From Lingula anatina (lineage: Eukaryota > Animalia > Brachiopoda), in the NCBI GenBank assembly GCA_051362555.1, contig CM120640.1, positions 19,530,001 to 19,594,000 of the forward strand: a DNA stretch of 64,000 bases, in the 5' to 3' direction. The position numbers and the translations under genes were made by a program. Shown here piece after piece: positions 1-12,400 of the stretch. Numbering within the stretch: position 1 is the stretch's first letter; the number at the start of each line of letters is the position of its first letter. The notes beneath the pieces were generated by a model. That model ran no database searches. It was not told the DNA's origin and was given only the letters and a program-made list of their open reading frames with translations.

Positions 1-685
1 ATTGGTCTGTAGTCCAGGCTGAACACACAGCCCTCGTAAGCAAACTCGTCATCAATGCACTGTAGCTATATACAGAAAAAAATTGTGATAAGCATACCTC
101 TTCCATCAGCAACACCATATTTATAATAACACAATGATCTTTGAACATAATGTAATAATGCTAAACACCTATCAATTTTTAAAAAATTTTTGCAAGTGAT
201 TACTTTCAATTTTAGTCAATCCACTTTATAAGACTGAACTTTTTTTACAATATATAATCATACATGTTGACTGACATGATGCAGTGACATAATGACAATG
301 GCTTGATACCATGAAAGTTACACCAGCTGACAATCACTTCATATAGACATTATACCAAACTGTGACCTGTAACTTACTCGAATGTCATTAGCCAGCTCAT
401 CTGCCAGCCCCTCTCTCCCTAGCAACACAAGGTTGAGCCTGTTATCATCTAGGTCTGGGAAAAACTGTGAGCTACTGGTACTGCCAGACTTAGTCCTGTT
501 GACAATGTAATAGACTACATTACTTTTTATGATTACTGAAACTTTTATTCTAGTTTTGAGAATTGATTTATGCATAAAGCATATATTTACTTCTTTTAAA
601 GATTTTATTTAATAAGATGCCCTTCAAACCCATATGTTCTGACCAAGCAACAGAAGCAGAGGGAAAATGAAATAACTAAAATTAA

Positions 686-724
<39 letters not shown>

Positions 725-1488
725 AAAAAATGATATTAACTAAAAATCGGTCTATCAAAAACACTTGCCTATGCCTTTTCAAGGTAGCTTCTATACTATT
801 CTCCATACAGTGGTCTCGAAAAGGGCAGCGATCCTTAGAAGGCCACTGGATAAACCCTAGATGGTTCAACAGCATGACCTTCCTTACTTCTTCTAATTTG
901 CCTAATGCCTTGTACCTATATATAGAGGAAAAAGATGATGAATTTACAATTCTTGACATTTTATATCCTCACTGTTCAGGTCATTTAGACCAATGCCTTA
1001 TTTCATACATAAAGTGAGAAAAACCACCACTGCTGGTATTGCCATTTACAAGATTTTACAAAATTCCCTTTAAACACTGGTCTCTTTCACTACAACTTTG
1101 CACCTTTATAATGAAGTTATACAGGTTAATTGACACAATGTTCTGACTTCTACTGTGGTTTGACCTTTATAAAAAGTGGCCTTGATGTAAAGCTTAAAAT
1201 ATACAACCTTCTGCCAATTTAATAAGTGTAATAAGTTTAATTAAGGCAGCATATTGCCACAGTAAAGGACACAGCTGGCTTCTTTTTTTATCAATATTTC
1301 AGGCAAGTTTCTAACATTCAAAATGCTGTATTCTCATCTAAACAGCAAGCTCCTAATTTTATTCTAAACGTCCGTGGTAATTGTTCATTTTTTATTAAAA
1401 TTTACATGAATAATCAAATTAAACTATAAGGCCACTTGTGAGGTATCTAATGGTAAGGAACCTGCACACTCACACACACACGTGCTCA

Positions 1489-1587
<99 letters not shown>

Positions 1588-4500
1588 TGCACAAACACAC
1601 ACAGACATTATAATCAAGTTGAGTAGAGACTGGCACACCTACTAAATGCTTAAAAAAGAAGGGGGAGTTGGTCGGTTAACACTCACCAAAGCAGAAAAGT
1701 ACCAGCTCTTGGTAGTTGACAAGTGCTTTATCTACGAATGTCTCTTATATCAAAACAAAAAAAAAACACTTTTTTATTATTAAAATTTCCTTATAAAAAA
1801 CTACATATACCTGGGATAAAATCTAAAGCTGATCACATTAAACATACAAACATCAGTTCTCACCTTTGCTCTTCCTTCAGTTCCTGTATAATGCTCTGCA
1901 AATCTTCAGTGGTAATGGTTTCATTGGGATCATATTTCGCAAAAACTTCTGCACGCTCATACAGAAGTTCTACAAAGTCCTTTTTAGCATCTTCACGTAT
2001 TTCTTGCTGATGTCTGTCATAGACTTCTTTCCTGTCAGCCTCAGATAAGGAGTCGTAACTCTCACGACCGAGGAAAAAGATTGACACTTCTTGTAATGTT
2101 TTCCCTGGTGTAACATGTGGATTGTCTTCTAGAATGTGCTTGAATTGCTTTCGAAGTCTTGAAATAGTAAAGAAAACAGAATTACAAGTCTGCAAAACAT
2201 CTTTGGCATTCAAAATTTATCTAGATCAACAGACATGAAAAACTGTAATTTTTGGTCTGCAATAGGAAAACCTAAAATTAATAAGAAAGTCTCTCATCCT
2301 GTATGCTTAAAATTCATGCATGATACAAGGCAGAGGACATCTGTGGACTATACTTACTCCTGCCTTCTACTTTCAGCCTGGAGTGTATTGACATGGTTTC
2401 TAAAGCTAGTCTCAGCCTCTGGGAAACTAAGTAAGGTAAAGGGGACACGCTCGTCTGTGCTGTCTAGGTATTCTGTGTCAGACCAAGACACATCTTGGTC
2501 TAGCATCACAAAATGGTCATTGAAATTTCCGTGCTGCTTGATCAAATTCCTGCAGCTGCCCCATTGCCTGGATGTAGAAATGATAAACATTTAACACACT
2601 TTCCTAATAACTATCTGGTATCTTTTGCAATTTAAAATGTCAAGTAATGGAATGGAAAAAGCAACATTCAATATGTGGTTTACATGTGTGATGAGTATAT
2701 TAAGTACTTTATATAAAATATTAACCTAATTATTCTTTCATAAATACCAAGGGAGATGGAATTCACATACATCTAGCAGTGCTGAGGAAATGTCAACAAT
2801 TTTTCTAAGAACTCAAGGATTTTTCCATTCTTTCTAAAACTCATCTTCAAAAGAAAAAAAAATCACTGAACCATAAAAGACTATTCTTGGAAGGGACTGT
2901 TTATTCCTATTAAAAAATTAAATGCTACCTACCTATCACCTATTGTTGTAAGATCTGGTAAAAACTCCTTTAACAGATTTGGGATCTGTTTCAAGAACGT
3001 GTCTTCCCTCTTCCTGATCAAGTGCTCCTTCAATTGTCTTGTGTGCCTCCTGAAAATGGTTTTTGCACTGTCTGACCCAAAAAATTCCAAAAATCGAATG
3101 AAATCGGGATTATCCTGAAACTTTTTGCTTGCGTTACCCCAAAAGGCTTTGTAGTCCAGGACTTGAGATCTTAGTAAATTTAAGTACGCACTCTTGGCTA
3201 CATCCAGTAGTTCTTTACGGGCTTTCGCAGCCTCTCTAAAGGGCACATGTTTGGGTCGCGCTCTGGTTTTGTCGATCATGTGTGCTACAGTTGTAAAGGC
3301 TAGTTCGACATTGACATTTTGATGGGCAGAAGTTTCTATAACTGGGATTGATCCTTTGTATTCCTTCCTAGCAACTAATGCCTCGGCCTCTTTGCTGTTG
3401 TGGGAGCGAACTTCGTCATTCTTGGTTGTCGCCAAAACGACTGGCTTTTTGGTTTTCATGAGACTGTTAAGAATAAGTGCAACATACTCCACTTGTCTTT
3501 CAATAGGTCTTTGTTTTACATCACTGACGTCAAAAACACATACAAATCCATCCACTGTTAGTTTGCCATCCGGCATCAGAACCCTGTCAAAATCATGCTC
3601 CAATCCTGAAAAAAATACAAAACAAATTTGCACATTATAATACATCTCTACTGTTTACAGCATATTGCAAATAAATAAACAAAGCACACAAGTTATAGTA
3701 CCATCATTTCTGATGACACTAACTTAGGATGGGCCTACTTTGGAATTGTAGAATTTACATTTACATTAAATAAATTTACACTTATACTGCCCAGGTCTTT
3801 ACTTCTAAGACAATTTTTACTATATATAAACAAAACTATTACTATTTTTAACAGAAAAGAATGCTATATCCTGGTGTGTTCAGCACCCATTACTAAGCAC
3901 AATCCTCCATTTTTTAATCTATTGCATTTGTTCATTAAAAAAATAATAGTAAAAGTGAATAAGATTAATATATATTTCAATTGGGCTTTAATGTTGAATG
4001 TATACTCTTAACTGGGCCTTCTTTCCAGTTAAGTATTATAGGAATCAAATTATAACCTAACTGTTAGTCCTTGTATTTTCTCCAACTCCATCAATTTGAC
4101 AACAAAGATGCATGGAAGACAAAGAGCACGGTTGCAGTTCTTCCCACCCCTAATGCTGATTCATAGAAATGTGTTTCAAACTTGAGATAATCAAACATAA
4201 AGCATGCAGAGTAGCTCCGTGGGCTGTTATCAATTGACTTCAAACTGATAAGAACATGTGTTATCACCCTAAACTTTTGTTGATTCATCAAGCTTGGTAT
4301 TGAACTGTTAGGAACCCCATACTGGTCTGTTATCTAGCTACCAAGAACTGGTGAGTAATGAGGGCCAACACAGAGAAAATTTCTTTTTGTTTAATCAAAA
4401 ACATATTAAAATTCATTTTTCCAATAACTATGGGAGAAAAACTCTGTCAGCATTATCTGCATGTGATGTCTGTCCATTTTCTGTTAATCTGTCCATCTGT

Positions 4501-5460
4501 CAGACCGTCTGTCTGTCTGTCTGTCTGTCCGTCTGTCTGTCTGTCTGTGTGTCTGGGGGTCAGTCATTTTATCAGGATATCTGAGGTTGTGATTTCCTTT
4601 ACCTTATTAATACAGGTTACTAATGCCCTGACTAGAATGTTCAAAGGTCAAATGACCTATTCATCACATGCATGTATGTATGAACTGAAAACATGTGACA
4701 CCCCTACAGCAATAAAAACAACAGCATGATGATGAGACAGTGTGGAATATCTTTTTCTACTTAGTAAAGAGGATGGAATGACTCCAGCACCACTGGCAGC
4801 ATATTGCAATTTTATCCCACTTCATTTATAATTTGATTTAAACGCAATATCTATTAACTCCACAGAAGTTACACCAATGGTTTTCATATTTCATCAAAAA
4901 AGAGATAAGAGTGACAACACAAATGGAAGTGCACTGCAGTGCATCAGCAATACAATTAAATACAAATATTTTATCACAATACGCTTGCTTAATCCTTAAG
5001 TTGATCTATACATGAAAAGACAATCCACAATAAAAAAACAGCAAAAGCCCTGCAAAATTCCAATAAAATATAAACCTAAAGAACAATGGTGGTCTGGCTA
5101 TGTTACATTTCCTTCAGCTGGAGTTTTTCCCTTCTGCTATTTTTACTAAAACAGCAACAAAACTGTTTCATCCTATAATGTTACAGTCTAGCAGATTTCT
5201 GATGTGAACATCAACAAGGAATGTAAACTTCGGGCTGGTGGCAGATCTTCCAATGAAAACAGTCAAGACATTTACACCCCTATCACAACATTGAGGAGGT
5301 TTTTCAACCATTCCAAGCACATGCTCTTTCTTGATACAAAACTAACGGAATGTGGATTTGAAACCTTGGGGTGATACCCTTTTAGATCTAAACATGCAAA
5401 GTATGTTTTTTTTTTATGGCAATTAAAATGTGTGAGCACTTTAATGTGATTGCTATAATA

Positions 5461-5497
<37 letters not shown>

Positions 5498-7277
5498 TGC
5501 GTGTGTGTACATTGTACATGCAAGTTTTCATGTATTAATATATATGCTTGGGTGCATGTATGCATGCGCAGGCCCACGTGAATTGCTTGTGTAAGAATTA
5601 TAACTGTTCTAACATCCCCCAAAGCAACCCTATTATTTCATGGGTTTGCAGAATGACAGCCTTCTGACACATTTTATGGTATGGGAAAACACCTCTTCAT
5701 AAATGCTCAGGGGTTGCCATGTGATCCCATGATCCAAACTGTGTGTATTTCACATACAGTTGCCACATAATACTATTGAAAGCACCCAACCATACACCAG
5801 ATCAACACCCCCAGAGAAGTGAAAAGTTGGCAAAAACTTATATAACCACCTGGAGATCATCAGTCATAGCAAAGGGCTTTTATCACAATGCACACTATTC
5901 AAAGGTGAAAAATAAAAAAGACACTGGGTGAAAGGCAGCTAAGAGACCAGCATAGGAAGATCTAGTATCAGTTAACTTTATATTACCACAGCCAAAGCAA
6001 TCACCTAGATATATTCTTTTTTTTTTCTAGGCAAAGAGAAATTATAGGAATTTATATGACAGAATGGGCATGTAGTGATTCACTCAAATTGAGCATTTTT
6101 TTTTTTTTTTTTTTTTTGACAAAACAGATTAACAGATTGTGCTTACTAATTTGACATTTTATACAATATATTATGAAGTAACTATTTGTGTTTCAACCCT
6201 AATTAGGAATTTAATCAAGAGTATCTTGGGCATCCTATCACTGACTTTCCAATAAATAACAACCCTAATACATTCAATGCATAGGGCCGAACTGTTAACA
6301 AAATCTGAAGCCACCCTTACAAAATCACACTCTTCTACCTTCACATAAAAGCGAATTGCAAACTTTTTAATTTGTGCAGCTAGGGCGGGATATTCTCTGC
6401 GAAGGATGAAATCAGTTAAAGAGACGATTACTTCAAAGTTAAAGCACTCCACCCATAGTTTGCTATGCTGAGTAACAGCTGTGGGTAAAAACTACTTCTA
6501 ATAGACTTTCTTTTCTGTTTCCTTAAACCACGTCAACTCAAATCTGACTTCCTTGATTTGTTATATATATATAATAAGTGTATACATGGAGGCGTAGCCA
6601 GGCACATGCCCACACAAACATGCATCCACTTCCTTTTTTCTTTGTCAGATTTACATGAAGAGAAATAGGTGCACGTGTAAATGTTTCGATAAACCCCACT
6701 GCAGTGTTAGTGATGCCAGTGAAAAAAATTGTACAAAATGATGCCCAAACTAAAGAGCTAATTAATCAAAGTTGCTGACTTTAAGATTATTAATTTTGAC
6801 AAAATGTTTGGCTAATGTAAGCACACTCTAAATATTATAGCAATCACATTAAAGTGAAAAATACCTACCTAGCTGATTTTTACAAATGTACATCAACTTT
6901 TCTGCAGAAGTAACCTTGGTAGCTGCACACCTCTTGTAATATGGGTCCGTTTTGCCACCTTTAAAAGGTTGAAAAGAGGAATCATCGATGAACTCTGTCT
7001 GTTCTATGACATTAAACGTCAAATCAGAGCCGTCGTCAGCCATTTTGGTCACCTCGCCCCAGTATAAGAAGTGGTCATTGTTGACAACACATCCACCAAA
7101 GTCGCTTTGGCTTAGCATCGAGATATGGTCAGTGTAGAAATCATCCGCGAGAGGGCGCACAAAGCGATTACAGAGACAAGACTTGCCCACTCCCACATCT
7201 CCCTTTTCCTTCTCCGTCCCAGACAGCCCCACCACGCTGATATTAAAGGTGCGATTGTGCTCAGCCTTCTTGGCCAT
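1..7277 (-). CDS. RhoGAPp190: p190RhoGAP (ARHGAP35/ARHGAP5 family Rho GTPase-activating protein), 5' part; the gene continues beyond position 1
   Basis: Coding exons (minus): 7277-6869, 3605-2933, 2567-2358, 2157-1864, 915-769, 495-378, 65-1, and all intron phases join in frame. The N-terminal GTPase-like domain has the p190-specific P-loop insert ([25 protein letters not shown]), [34 protein letters not shown] and ETSA. FF-repeat region follows, then the start of the pG1 pseudoGTPase ([21 protein letters not shown]). Confidence 0.95.
684..724. repeat. (AAAT)n microsatellite
   Basis: About 10 tandem units inside the GC-AG intron. Confidence 0.9.
1465..1605. repeat. (CA)n microsatellite in a p190RhoGAP intron
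   Basis: About 90 bp of uninterrupted CA with degenerate flanks. Confidence 0.97.
4480..4660 (+). mobile_element. (GTCT)n microsatellite, probably the relic of a HINE-like element
   Basis: GTCT/GTCC array at about 4487-4555 followed by TCAAAGGTCAAATGACC near 4641, a combination common in invertebrate Helentron-derived repeats. Ends not defined. Confidence 0.4.
5465..5508. repeat. (GT)n microsatellite
   Basis: Direct observation. Confidence 0.9.
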
Positions 7278-8275
7278 GTTTAGTCCTTCTGAAACGTGTT
7301 GTTAGATGGACTCTACTTGGATTGATAGATAGGTTCCCAGTTTCTCTTCCACTACTACTGCTGCTCACCCCACGCACTCTATCTGCACACCAGTCTGGTG
7401 TGACCAGCCATGTTCAAGTCAAAGAGCTGAAATTAGAAATCAATACCATTTTAATCTCCTTTTCCAGCTTTTGCAGGACTGTTTCAGGATTGGGAAATGT
7501 CTATTCAGGGGTATGTTCTACTGATATGCAGCCAGAAATACTTTTAATCTAGCCCTATATCAAGCAGAGTCATCCTGAACCAGAGCAGAGCAAATTGAGG
7601 GAAAATGTTTGGCTCATGTAAGCACAGCATGATTTCATGATCGTACTTTTTCACCTTTTGCTGTTTAGAGGCCCATTACATTAACATCTGGGCTGAAACA
7701 TGGATTATCCAACACTTGGTCACATACAGTCACCCTGAACCAGAAAAGTAATTTCAGAAGTTAAACAACATTGGACATTGTATAGTTCTAAATACAACAT
7801 TATGGGCAACACTATTGGAGGCCAGTCACAAACTGTGAAATATAGATTGATAAATGTCATGGTTATCCCCAACTATCTCTATACAGTAAGATGATCAATA
7901 ACATAAGAATCTTAAATTTTCTGACAGCCTTCTATTTTATCAGTTCTGTTTCATATAGAAAACTTAAGGGAGAATGGAAGTCAATAGCATGTAAAAATGA
8001 TATTGATCAAATGACTTTTTATGTTATATTCAAACATTTTTACTGTTAAGAACCAAAAGCAAAAAAGTTTTAATGTTGGTCATTTCTGAAAAAAGTTCTT
8101 ACAAATATTCACTGATGTTTGCACTTGCGGTATTTCATTTTCACTGTATACTTTAATAAGGATTCATTTTCTACCAGAAATCAGAAATCAAGATTCCAAA
8201 TGGAAAAATATTAACAAGAAGACATAACCTCTTGATTTCAGTGAAAGATGCCTTTACTTAATTTTCACATCTTAC

Positions 8276-8419
8276 CTGGATCATGAGGCGGTCTTGAAAC
8301 AAATGATCATTTTTTCCTGTGATAATTAATTTTGTTGTCTGGAGCAGTCTAGTCAGGATGACAGAAGGACTCGAAGAGACCACAAATCTCCAATAGCATC
8401 ACATACCACACATTGAGTT
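8276..8419 (-). other. Probable 5'UTR exon of p190RhoGAP
   Basis: Bounded on the minus strand by a ttcttttcag acceptor and a CAG|gtaag donor, about 1 kb upstream of the ATG exon. No coding similarity recognised. Confidence 0.5.
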
Positions 8420-9388
8420 CTGAAAAGAATGTGGAACAATTATCAAAATATGAAAGGAGTTAACTAACACATAACATATTGGTGTTCCACAACCAAAATT
8501 GGTGCAGGGTTACACTGAAAAATTAATGGTTCTTAAAAGCAGACAGAAATTCTTTTCCATTGCCAATAGTGTTTGTTTTTGAACATCTAACTTGATCAGT
8601 CATCCCAAAGTATAAATCTATATAATTCATCAAATTCAATAATTTGTGCACTTGAATCTGCCCAGCAGATCTTATAAATAATGATACTGGCAATGTGACA
8701 AGCCTGAGTCATGATACTGGATTCAACAATAATCACAAACACTTCCTGACAATAACTTACAGCAACCGACTACCCACTCCACTTTATTTATCACTTATGC
8801 ACAACAGCCATTAAAAAATGATTATATGGAAAAAAAGTCTGTCAATGAATCCTTGTCATTATATCTTTTATGTCATATGTTCAATGATATACCAATAACT
8901 TACATACACAATTTAAAATATTGATCTTAGGGATTTTTGTTACAGATCAACTTTATACTGCAACAGAATGATTGTTGTTTTGCTTTGTGTATATGTGCAT
9001 ACATGTGTGTGTGTTTGTGTGTGTTTTTTTTTTAACTGGTTAGGTAGAGGAGGTGGTAAAAAAATAAGATAAGGACAAAACTCTTAGGAAGTCTTACAAA
9101 GCAATTAAGAAAAAGTGAAACACAAAGCATGGTTTACTTTAACTGTTGTGCAATAAACTGTTATTTAACAAGACTTGGAGGGGAAGAAAAACAACCAGAA
9201 AAATATCCACAGTAAATTGTCAACTTTTAATTGTTCACTGCACTCACTGATATGGACCTACTCTCCTTCATATTCCATGAAATCGCACTTGATGTTAAAT
9301 TATGAGAATTTTGGCAGTCTCAAATGATTCCCATTGCAAAAGCATGTGTGCAACATTTTTTGTTGTTCTTGTTGTGTGTGTGTGTTGA

Positions 9389-9417
9389 GGTGGTGGTGGT
9401 GGTGGTGGTGGTGGTGG
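9389..9417. repeat. (GGT)n microsatellite
   Basis: About 9 tandem units. Confidence 0.9.
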
Positions 9418-12400
9418 GGGGGTGATGTTATTGTCCATTAACAAATGGTCCTTGTGCTTTAAGTGCCCTTTTTACCCATAAAAAGCACCTACTTAGAGGC
9501 AGGACAAATTTTAGCCCAAACCTCACAACATGTTCCCCACAAATGATTTTTTTGTACTGAACAACTGTAATTGCATACTTCCTTAAAAAGACAAGATGCC
9601 CAACTCTCAAATGCCCCCACAGTGCACGCCATCCTGTACTAGAGTAAAGATTAACTTGCCAAAGCAGGAACTAAACTGTTATTTAGATTTTTTTCATATG
9701 AAGGGCCTTAAGCTTATCAACAGCATAACTGATTCACAATTCTTTCAGTCGCCTTGTTATTTAAAGGGCTTGGTGAATTTCCAGATACAAAAGTGTAATT
9801 AAAAAATATATTTGAATGATAACTTGATTATGAGCTCGAAAAAATGCCTAAGGTATTAACTTTAATCTTGCTAACTTCTAAATATAAACAGTCTACAAGC
9901 TAGCTGAACGTGAGTACTCCAACATTTATTAAGGTGGTAAACCATGCCCCGTAACCATTGTGATGAATCAAAAAAATATCACATGTCATTACTGGTCAAG
10001 CAACATCATGTGGTATAAATGTCAAGATGCTCATATGTCCACTATTATCTCTGAAACTGCCTCTAAACCACAACTTTAACCCACCTGCAGCAAAAACTCT
10101 GGGGTGAATTCTGTCATCTCACTCATGTTTTCTTGAACCTAACATGGTGATTCATTCCAAGGTTTTTCACTTTCTTCTTAACACTTCTTCACTTTATGAA
10201 TATCAATCCTCATCATGTATCACAGTGGAACAAGTCAAATGCTAACAGCCCAGTTTCTGGTCTGAGATAGGAATGTAGGCCAAGGAATGTCCTGGTTTAT
10301 CAGCTGTTACCACCCTGACTGACACAACATTGGCACCGACTCTCCTCTATCAGTAAGAGAAGTTGAAATTATCAGCTATCAGCTACTTGAGTTTCTGGCA
10401 GTAACGAAAGTCAACTCAAATATCTGTATATGTACTATCTTCAGTCCAGCTTTTTTTTTTTTCACTTTCACACATGAAATACAAAAGGTTGCCTTTTCTT
10501 TTATAAAAAAGAATCAAAACTGACCAAGAGACAAATGCAAAAGATGTACAGAAGTCTATAAAAGAAAAGAAATGACCTTGACCTTGTCTCTCAACTATTC
10601 CCACCCTGAGTGTCCCACTAATACTTACTGCCCTCTATCAGACATTTGATATTGTTGATATATATTTCTTTAGCAGTTGTAAACAGGGACAGGCATACCA
10701 AGCTGACCTACACTTATGAATGATTTCCTCCGTCACTTCCCCATTCCTGTGGCACAGCATTAATGACTGCATTTCTGGACTACAATACTATAAAAGCTTT
10801 TTTTAACACAGTAACTCACAGGATCTAGTCTAAATGAAGGTAAACATTCATTATACATGCGGGCTGAATCACTTCCTATTCCATGGACTGTTTTTAATAA
10901 AATTGCAATTATCTTGTCATTGTCCCATTATAATGTTCTACCCAATATCAATCATTATCAACTATAACCATATGTATTTTCTTGGAGGTCCACTGACTTC
11001 CTGGATTTTAGAATAAGCCTGATATTAAAGACAATGGATTCAGTAATATGTTTATTTAACACTCTTGTATCCAATATTCACAAACATTTATGGTATAACA
11101 ATTATATTATCTCACAGTGTGGACATCAAATGACAATGTCACTGAAACTTCATTTAACACATGGTGTGTAATCTTAATTAATTAACTTAATAAAAAACTG
11201 ATTTCTCATGTACTAAGATATTCACAGGAGCAATTTTTTAAAAATTCACAAGAAAATTGCTTACCCTTTTCAGATTTACTAGTGTCCCCCTATCTTGTAA
11301 TATTGAATTATCTTGTCTAAGGTCTGAAAATACAAAAACAGTGACTGTGATCACTTTCAATGACACTGACATAAGATATGCTTCAATAACAGTAAACAAG
11401 ATACAAGTTTTCTGGGGCATCAAACATATGAAAGAATTTTAAGTAGGGCATTCAAAACATAATTAAATCCACATGGTATCACATCCTTGAAGTCAAGCAG
11501 CCAAAGAGCATATCATAATCAAAACTTATTCAAACATCCAGCATATAAAACAGGCCGGACAATTATAGTCATGACTAATAGTAGGAGGGCCTTGAGGAAA
11601 ATTCCCCTCCATCTAAATATGTCTGATCTACAAGAAAACATGACATTCCAATAGAAAAGAAAACTTGTCATATATTTTCCAAATAATATGGCATGTAGTC
11701 TTAACATATAGTGTGCTGGCAGGGACTATACAGCTTCTATGTAGGCGGGGGAAGTGCAAGCAAACTTTGAAGGTTCACTGCACTTTCGTATTAATGACAC
11801 ATGCCACTGCACTGCACGGATTATTTTTTTATAGAAAGTTTGAAATCTATTCAGCCCTGCCTGAAACATTTCAGACAGACTTCAAAATATTACTATCAAA
11901 TCACATTTTAAGGGCAAAGAAAAAACAGAGTGAAATCTGGATTATTCATAGGGTTGTGCATTTGCAAGTTAGTTCAATAGCTCGCAGCAACAGTCACTAC
12001 CCCCCCAACTTCACTACTTACACAAGCAAAATGAATGGTTTATTCATTAACATTATGTCTAATAAATGAATGACAAATAACTGTCATTTTGATAACTATC
12101 AGACTATTAATACCAGATAAGCTGATAATTTGTCTACAACTTGCCAACTCTCCCACCTGTCTCCTGTTAATTCTGGACATAGGATGACCTCTGGTCAGAC
12201 TACTGATTATAGACTAACCAAACATAATGAGACTGACCCCTGAAGTCAGTTAGATATTTGGGGATGATGACCCTTGTTAATGTATAGACAGATAACAGTT
12301 ATCACTGCTATGAGATACAGAGCTCTCTTGTGTACACTGTGTAAACACAGGCTGTGAAATAATGGATCATCAATGTAGCAAAAGATATGAAAAACCTGTA

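Noticed and set aside
1424-1636. ORFs encoding poly-(CV) and poly-(HT)
   Set aside because: Translations of the (CA)n microsatellite inside a p190RhoGAP intron.
730-3640. Plus-strand ORFs (730-1017, 1723-2010, 2235-2594, 3356-3640)
   Set aside because: Antisense shadows of genuine minus-strand p190RhoGAP exons with no independent motifs.
4351-4729. ORFs with SVCL repeats
   Set aside because: Produced by the (GTCT)n array.
11665-12069. 134-aa plus-strand ORF and similar short ORFs in the long p190 intron
   Set aside because: No recognisable domains or exon chains, and composition typical of random AT-rich DNA.
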